Of a stretch of 64,000 nucleotides of DNA, positions 58,402 through 64,000 are shown piece by piece. The notes below the pieces were generated by a model, which had not been told where the DNA came from, made no database searches, and was given only the letters and a program-made list of their open reading frames with translations. The stretch's first letter is position 1. Each line of letters begins with the position of its first letter. The position numbers were made by a program, and so were the translations under genes. The DNA is from an uncultured Pseudobdellovibrionaceae bacterium (GTDB lineage Bacteria; Bdellovibrionota; Bdellovibrionia; Bdellovibrionales; JAGQZY01), in assembly GCA_964351315.1 (NCBI GenBank), contig CAYGNH010000007.1:69755-133754 (forward strand), given 5' to 3'.

Positions 58402-58433
58402 TCCGTTAAAGTCAGTGGAATATAGGGGAAGAC

Positions 58434-59363
58434 GTGCTTAAAATCAAGGAATTCAAAGGTATCCAAATATTGGAAAATCCTTCAAAATTCAGGTACACAG
58501 AGGTTGTTTTGGTGGATTTTAAAAAGTTGGTATTTGTTAGTGGAAAAGGCGGGACCGGTAAAAGTACGGTCGCCGCCACTCTTGCCAAAACCATCGCCGA
58601 CCAGGGACGACGGGTGCTGTTGGTGGAGCTCGAACAGCAGAGCTCAGTGAAGGCTTTGCTCGAACTTTCCAATAACCCTCAATATTTGCCCTCTGCTAGC
58701 GGGCTTGGCTTTGATTGGTGCCGTCTCAGCGGGCGTGATTGTCTGGTGGAGTATGTCAGCAGTTACACGCGTTTGGAAAGTTTCACCCAAAAATTTTTTG
58801 ATTCAGCTCTTCTTAAAACACTAATTAATGTTGCACCCGGACTCAATGATCTATCCATTCTGGGAAAATTAACCAGTCAGATACGAGGTCATGGGCCAGG
58901 GTTTGATTACGACCATATCATCATTGATGCCCCCAGTACCGGGAGCTTTCATTCCTTAATAAAAGCTCCGATGACATTGGGGGACAGTGTCACCCGAGGG
59001 CCGCTTCATAGTCAGAGCCTGGGTATCGACCAAGTTCTGAAGAACCCTGATCACACCCAGTTTTTCTTTGTTAGCCTGTACGAAGAACTGCCCGTGGATG
59101 AACTTGAAGACACACTCGCAGAATTCACTGAAGAATATGATCAGCAGGTGTCAGTTGTAATGAATAAATCTCTCGGTCTTGCTGTGGCGGCGCCAGGGCA
59201 GTCCCGTTGGTCTGAGTTCATTTTTGAGAAAATAGCAGAGCAAGAGCAACAAAAAGCGAGAGTTATAGACTTATGGTCTCGATGCTACCAGCTGGAGCTT
59301 TTCACAAGTGGATTTAATCGCTTTCTTTGTGAACAGCGCAAGGAGGTCTTACGTCCCCTCTAG
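58434..59363 (+). CDS. ArsA/Get3-like P-loop ATPase (copy 1)
   Basis: It has KKLVFVSGKGGTGKSTVAATLA (deviant Walker A) and IIIDAPSTG (Walker B-like). The true start may be GTG 58512 (AGAGG 8 nt upstream), which would leave a realistic divergent promoter region with tig. Confidence 0.75.
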   Translation: MLKIKEFKGIQILENPSKFRYTEVVLVDFKKLVFVSGKGGTGKSTVAATLAKTIADQGRRVLLVELEQQSSVKALLELSNNPQYLPSASGLGFDWCRLSGRDCLVEYVSSYTRLESFTQKFFDSALLKTLINVAPGLNDLSILGKLTSQIRGHGPGFDYDHIIIDAPSTGSFHSLIKAPMTLGDSVTRGPLHSQSLGIDQVLKNPDHTQFFFVSLYEELPVDELEDTLAEFTEEYDQQVSVVMNKSLGLAVAAPGQSRWSEFIFEKIAEQEQQKARVIDLWSRCYQLELFTSGFNRFLCEQRKEVLRPL

Positions 59364-59398
59364 AGTCACTTATAGAAACAAAAGAACTCATTACCTTT

Positions 59399-60421
59399 GT
59401 GGGCACAGGTGGAGTTGGTAAGACGTCGCTGTCTCTGGCCACAGCTATCCACGCGGCAAAGATGGGGCGAAGGGTTGCGGCTATCACTGTTGATCCATCG
59501 AGACGACTGACCAGTCTTCTTGGTTTGGAAGCCTCGGATGACCAATCAAAGTCAGTGAGTTGGGCCATGGTGGATCAACCTGTGGATATTTTCTATATTG
59601 ACCCATCTTCTGTATTTCAAAATTTTGTTTCTGAAAATATGAAGGCTGAGTATTATGAAAAATTGAAAGATAACGGAATTTATCGGCAAATTTCACAGAA
59701 CCTGAGGGAGACGCATAATTTTGCCGCTCTTTATAAAACTGAAAAAATCATATCCAGCGGAGAATATGATTTGGTGGTGTTGGACACTCCCCCGAGCCAC
59801 CAGGTGGTGGACTTTTTTGAGTCTCCCGCGCAGTTGCAGAGATTTTTTTCGGCAACGGCTATCGCTGATAAAAAAGGTTGGCTCCATTGGGTGCAAGAGA
59901 AAGGAATACAGGTTGCCGAAGGCTTTTTGAAAACTCTTGTCGGTGATGAGTTTGTGGGTGAAATGGACCACTTTTTTCGCTTTGTTGGGGACATTAAAAA
60001 TCAAATCTTTGCCACCTCAGAAGGTTTTCTTGAGCATATGCGTGGACCCCAGTCTTCGTTGCAATTGGTCTTTCCTCCTGCGAAGGATAAAATTCAAGAC
60101 GCCCTCTATTTAAATCAAGCAATTTCAAAAAATAACTTCGCAATAGATGGCTATATTCTCAATCGAGCTTACCCGAATGGCCTCGACTTTAGTGAAGAGC
60201 TTTCTAGTGCCGCAGACGAAAGGGAAAAGAAATTATATCATTACTTCAAGAGTCAGAAAACTAAGAGTGAGGATTTGGTTGATGAACTTAGAAGGGGGCA
60301 ACTAAAAAATCATTCGACCTTTGTGCGCCTTCCCGAGTTTCGTCAGGCCATTGAACAAATTGAAGACGTCTACCTATTTTCTGAACTCGTCAACACCCAT
60401 TGGGAGGTTTTGTCGCAATGA
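59399..60421 (+). CDS. ArsA/Get3-like P-loop ATPase (copy 2); start codon unresolved
   Basis: It has GTGGVGKTSLSLATA and VVLDTPPSHQ. The track start GTG 59399 would delete the beta1 strand. The in-frame upstream codons (59333-59398) encode …KELITFV but contain no ATG/GTG/TTG. Confidence 0.7.
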   Translation: MGTGGVGKTSLSLATAIHAAKMGRRVAAITVDPSRRLTSLLGLEASDDQSKSVSWAMVDQPVDIFYIDPSSVFQNFVSENMKAEYYEKLKDNGIYRQISQNLRETHNFAALYKTEKIISSGEYDLVVLDTPPSHQVVDFFESPAQLQRFFSATAIADKKGWLHWVQEKGIQVAEGFLKTLVGDEFVGEMDHFFRFVGDIKNQIFATSEGFLEHMRGPQSSLQLVFPPAKDKIQDALYLNQAISKNNFAIDGYILNRAYPNGLDFSEELSSAADEREKKLYHYFKSQKTKSEDLVDELRRGQLKNHSTFVRLPEFRQAIEQIEDVYLFSELVNTHWEVLSQ

Positions 60422-61596
60422 TTCGTAAACTTTTAATTCTTACAGTTGTGAGCCTCACCTTGGGTTGCAGTTCAAAACCCTCTGACCCAGACCAGTCTGC
60501 GCTGGATTACCCCAAGGAATTAGAGGCAGTCCATAGCTTTATAATTCAAAGAAAAACCAACGATGCTCGTTTGAAAATCGAGGACTATCTTAATAGGGCT
60601 GAAAATATCCATTGGTACGGGCATGCCTATTTTTTGAAGGGCTTTTTGTATGAAATGGATGAAGACTTTCCAAATGCTGTAAAGTTTTATCGATCGGCCA
60701 TCCAGCATGGATCACAATATGAGAGTCGAGTTGAAGCCAAAGCCCTTTATAATCTATCCTTCGTGTATGAAAGGCTTGATCAGAGAAATGAACTGTTAAC
60801 GACCCTCGTCGATCTAATGAAACGAAGAGAGTTTTTCGATATTTTAACCGGACAGGTTGAGATTCCGGCTCGATTGGCAGCGGCTTACGCAGCACAAGGC
60901 AAAATGAAAGAGGCTCTTATTTTTCACCGAGAAGCCACTCGAAACTTTGAGGAAATGGTTCGGAACCAAAAGTTTCAGGCTAAAAAAAGTGAGATCAGTA
61001 AGTCACTCTACTATCTAGGCTTTGCAACCTTTGATGACAATAGTGAGAGCTTTGATACCTTGGTGCGAAAACTGGGGATCGGACAAAAATATTTTCTTTC
61101 TTCGGCAGAAGCTTCTAAAAGTACATGGTCTGAAAAGTCTGAGGAAAGAATAAAGGCTCAGTACGACAAAGCGTGGGGGATGGTTCTTGAGTTCAAGCCA
61201 CAAGGTTTTGAGGAGGACCCCATGGCCGAAAAAAAGCAAAAACATCGGCGTCAACTGGTGATGGCTTCAGAACTCTATGACCTCATGTTTAAGCTACGCG
61301 CGGAAGAGTTCCCGATGGGAAACGTCAACCCTCGCTCTAAAGCCATCGTTGATGTTACGGGAGAATGGATTGATCGAATTGAAAAGTTCGCAATGAAATT
61401 ACAAGTTGGGCCCGAAACAATCAGAAATAAAAAAATTAAAAATAAACGATTAGCTCGCTACGTAGACGATGAAATAGCAAAGGTGAAAGTCAACAAAGAA
61501 CAAGCTGATAAGAAGCCAAATCTTACAATTGAGTCGACATCTTCAGAAAAGTCTTTGCCGGTAAAGTCAGATTTAGGTAAAGATCCGAATCTATGA
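60418..61596 (+). CDS. TPR-like helical lipoprotein
   Basis: ATG 60418 overlaps the ArsA-like stop (ATGA). It has lipobox LTLGCSS and TPR-like helices (AYFLKGFLYE…AVKFYRSAI). Confidence 0.65.
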   Translation: MIRKLLILTVVSLTLGCSSKPSDPDQSALDYPKELEAVHSFIIQRKTNDARLKIEDYLNRAENIHWYGHAYFLKGFLYEMDEDFPNAVKFYRSAIQHGSQYESRVEAKALYNLSFVYERLDQRNELLTTLVDLMKRREFFDILTGQVEIPARLAAAYAAQGKMKEALIFHREATRNFEEMVRNQKFQAKKSEISKSLYYLGFATFDDNSESFDTLVRKLGIGQKYFLSSAEASKSTWSEKSEERIKAQYDKAWGMVLEFKPQGFEEDPMAEKKQKHRRQLVMASELYDLMFKLRAEEFPMGNVNPRSKAIVDVTGEWIDRIEKFAMKLQVGPETIRNKKIKNKRLARYVDDEIAKVKVNKEQADKKPNLTIESTSSEKSLPVKSDLGKDPNL

Positions 61597-62324
61597 TGTC
61601 GGCTATCGTTTCTGGGTTTTTGAGCCCACTTCTTGGCTTCAGAATAATTCTTTCCAGCCCAAAAAATATCGCCTATGCCCTTGTTCCCTTTGCAATCGGA
61701 TTGGCGATTGTTGGTCTTGGTTATTTTACCGCTTCCGAATACCTTAGCCAGTGGGTCAACTCTTTGACCGAAAGCTCGCCTTGGCTTGAGAGATGGAGCT
61801 TTTTGAAGTCGATTGTCGAGATTCTTCTGATTCTTATAAGCTGGATCTTAATTTCCTTGGTCAATTTTTTAGCGGGCTACCTTTGCATTATTGTGTTCGC
61901 CGGCCCCTTTTACGCCCTTATGGTCGAAAATATTTTTAAAAAGGAGCTTCCTGATAAGAAAAAGCGGAGTGATTTTAAATTGATTATTGGAATGTTTTTT
62001 CTTGGCCTGGGTAAGGCTCTATTGTTCATTTTGATTGGAATATTCTGTTTTATTTTAAGTTTTGTGCCAGGGCTCAATTTGTTAGCACCTGTAATTTTGA
62101 CTTTAACCGTGGCTTTTGATTGTGCGGACTATGCGTTTGAGGTTGATTTTTTAAACCTAAAACAAAGGTTCGCTTTTTTCCGACAGAACATCGGCAGCTT
62201 TTTGGGTTTGAGTTTTGCAATAATGGCGACCGGAGTTGTTCCGGGTTCCTTCTTTCTATTGCTTCCAGTTTTTATTTGCGGGGCCACAAAAATGTATATT
62301 CAACTATCGGACCAAGCGGTATAA
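61593..62324 (+). CDS. EI24/CysZ-family membrane protein
   Basis: 243 aa and polytopic. AGPFYALMVENI, CADYAFEV and ICGATKMY resemble CysZ/EI24 conserved segments. Its start overlaps the upstream stop (ATGA). Confidence 0.55.
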   Translation: MMSAIVSGFLSPLLGFRIILSSPKNIAYALVPFAIGLAIVGLGYFTASEYLSQWVNSLTESSPWLERWSFLKSIVEILLILISWILISLVNFLAGYLCIIVFAGPFYALMVENIFKKELPDKKKRSDFKLIIGMFFLGLGKALLFILIGIFCFILSFVPGLNLLAPVILTLTVAFDCADYAFEVDFLNLKQRFAFFRQNIGSFLGLSFAIMATGVVPGSFFLLLPVFICGATKMYIQLSDQAV

Positions 62325-62331
62325 GGGCTTT

Positions 62332-63546
62332 ATGAAAACAAGAATTCACGAGAAGATACTGGACAACTGCGACCAACTACAGCAATGGTATGAAGATAAG
62401 TTGCGTGGGCACTATGTGCCCTTTTACGCGAGCTTTGATATTCGAGATGCGGGCTTCAAGATTGGCAATATCGATGGAAATATCTTTCCGGCAGGATTCA
62501 ATAACATTTGCCAAATGGATAAGGATTCGGCTCCAGAGTTGATTGAGTCTTTTATGAAAGCCCACTTTCCCAGTGTAAAAACGATTTTAATTCTTGCTGA
62601 AGATCACTTAAAAAATAGGTTCTATTGGGAGAATGTGATCACATTAAGAGATTTGTTAAACGAATCGGGTTACTCGGTGACCACGGGGATGTTGTCTAGT
62701 GAGATATCCGATGGGATTGAAATGGAGTCGTTTTCGGGAAAGATGATTCGAGTCGAAAAGGTATTCTCAGAGGCTGGCCAGTTGATGACCAAAGCTGGAA
62801 TTCCAGACCTTGTTATATCCAACAATGACTTTTCAAACTCTTATGACGACGTGGATTTCTCCAAAACTCTGATGACTCCTTTGCGGAGTCTCGGCTGGTT
62901 TCAGCGAAAAAAACACAATTATTTCTTCCATTACAACAACATGGCTGACGAATTTGCGAAAATTTTAGATGAAGACCCCTGGTTGTTTCAGGTGCCAACA
63001 AAGCATTTTATTGATTTCGATGTTAGCGATGATGCCAGTCGAGATGCGCTAGCCCGGGTCGTTGACGAACTTTTGGTGGAGACCCAAAGTAAGTATGATG
63101 AGCACAATGTTATTGAAAAGCCTACAGCCTTCATAAAAAATAACTCGGGTACCTATGGATTAGGTGTTGTTAGCACCATCAGTGGAGAGGATATTCGAGC
63201 TTGGAACTATAAGTCCAAAAAGAAAATGAAAGCCACCAAAGGTGGGGGTGGATTTACTGAGCTGGTAATTCAAGAAGGAGTTCCGACCGTTCTTAAAGAT
63301 GAAGGGGCAACGGCCGAACCTGTCCTCTATATGCTTGGAAATGATTTAGCCGGTGGATTTCTTAGAACCCATGAAAAGAAAAATGCGACCGAGAGCCTGA
63401 ACAGTCCCGGAGCGGTCTACAAGCGACTGTGCCTCAGTGATTTAAAGGTCAGCGCCGAAGGGTGCCCGTTGGAGAATGTCTATGGTTGGGTCGCAAAACT
63501 AGGTTTTCTGGCGATCAGCGAAGAAGCGCAAGCCTTGCAAGGATAG
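62332..63546 (+). CDS. gshA: Glutamate-cysteine ligase (GshA, PF08886-type family)
   Basis: Start at ATG 62332. The N-terminal YVPFYASFDIRDAGFKIGNIDGNIFPAGFNNIC matches my recollection of this GshA family. The call is motif-level only. Confidence 0.6.
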   Translation: MKTRIHEKILDNCDQLQQWYEDKLRGHYVPFYASFDIRDAGFKIGNIDGNIFPAGFNNICQMDKDSAPELIESFMKAHFPSVKTILILAEDHLKNRFYWENVITLRDLLNESGYSVTTGMLSSEISDGIEMESFSGKMIRVEKVFSEAGQLMTKAGIPDLVISNNDFSNSYDDVDFSKTLMTPLRSLGWFQRKKHNYFFHYNNMADEFAKILDEDPWLFQVPTKHFIDFDVSDDASRDALARVVDELLVETQSKYDEHNVIEKPTAFIKNNSGTYGLGVVSTISGEDIRAWNYKSKKKMKATKGGGGFTELVIQEGVPTVLKDEGATAEPVLYMLGNDLAGGFLRTHEKKNATESLNSPGAVYKRLCLSDLKVSAEGCPLENVYGWVAKLGFLAISEEAQALQG

Positions 63547-63628
63547 ACTGTAAAAGTGAGGTCTTGCCTCCGACTGTCGTGGACTGGATGGAGCCGGGCT
63601 CGGAGTTGATTTGACTGTTTAAAAAGGC

Positions 63629-64000
63629 TCAAACTGAAAAAGACTCGAGAACTGTGGAGATCCACATCCCTAAAACACAAAACGCACCGAAAAAGAATAC
63701 ACCCGCTCGCCGCAAAACAAGATTTGAGCCTAGATGAATCAAGCTATGGATGATTCGGCTGACGACAAAGGCCACAGCCAAAATAAAAAAAGTTTGTGTT
63801 ACTGCTTTAAAATGAAAAGCAGCTAAGCAAGCGATCATAAAAAGAATGGGAAGTTGAAATTGGTTGTTATAATGGTTTCCAAAAACAGCAATGTCGTCAG
63901 GGACCTCGCCTGTATAGGCTTTAAAATATCGTCCTGGCATTTTCTTGTTTTTAACAGCCTTAAACCGAACCACGAACATCAAGAGGCCCAGTGCAAGGAT
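63629..64000 (-). CDS. MAPEG-family membrane protein (microsomal GST-like); the N-terminus lies beyond the right window edge
   Basis: The frame stays open to nt 64000 (…ILALGLLMFVVRFKAV…). It contains NHYNNQFQLPILF and RIIHSLIHL, which are MAPEG-like segments. Confidence 0.6.
   Translation of the reverse strand: MLALGLLMFVVRFKAVKNKKMPGRYFKAYTGEVPDDIAVFGNHYNNQFQLPILFMIACLAAFHFKAVTQTFFILAVAFVVSRIIHSLIHLGSNLVLRRAGVFFFGAFCVLGMWISTVLESFSV

Overview
This is a gene-dense 64-kb chromosomal segment with about 75 CDS and one tRNA. It comes from a diderm (Gram-negative-type) bacterium with an AT-leaning genome (judged by eye, not computed). My impression is a Bdellovibrio-like or other predatory lineage, but I cannot verify that without a search. 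Most of the window is housekeeping.

In order, the window contains:
- a Flp/Tad (type IVc) pilus cluster at the left edge (cpaF fusion, cpaC, cpaB, three TadE-like pseudopilins, cpaA, a 57-aa flp pilin)
- nadE, a ferredoxin and a DEDDh exonuclease
- pilW-like, rodZ, a GT39 glycosyltransferase and an unknown gene
- an RNA methyltransferase and ndk
- mdh-sucCD
- an Mla-like lipid ABC/MCE operon
- an H1-like lysine-rich protein
- a TadB/TadC-like pair with a Hanks-type kinase and uppP
- cystathionine beta-synthase and gamma-lyase
- tRNA-Phe
- dus, mtgA, an epimerase, a cyclophilin and glnE
- tolQR-tolA-like-tolB
- the Rrf2-sufBCDS-nfu operon
- a secreted metalloprotease pair
- ftsEX with an envC-like gene and ctp
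- tig
- an operon of two ArsA-like ATPases, a TPR lipoprotein, an EI24/CysZ-like protein and gshA
- a partial MAPEG gene at the right edge

I saw no CRISPR array, IS element, integrase or prophage signature.

The points most worth a second look are:
1. An in-frame ParA/TadZ-like::CpaF fusion.
2. An Mla-like transporter with two different ATPases and two different permeases, whose motifs predict one degenerate ATP site, plus a coupled small OMP.
3. A minimal TadB/TadC-like pair, unlinked from the Tad cluster and co-operonic with a Ser/Thr kinase. This suggests a split Tad/Kil-like apparatus.
4. A 300-aa protein carrying an Flp-type leader.
5. The ArsA-like pair operon, whose second gene has no canonical start codon upstream of its first beta-strand.

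All functional calls rest on motif-level recognition of the supplied translations and on my own hand translation. No database search was run.
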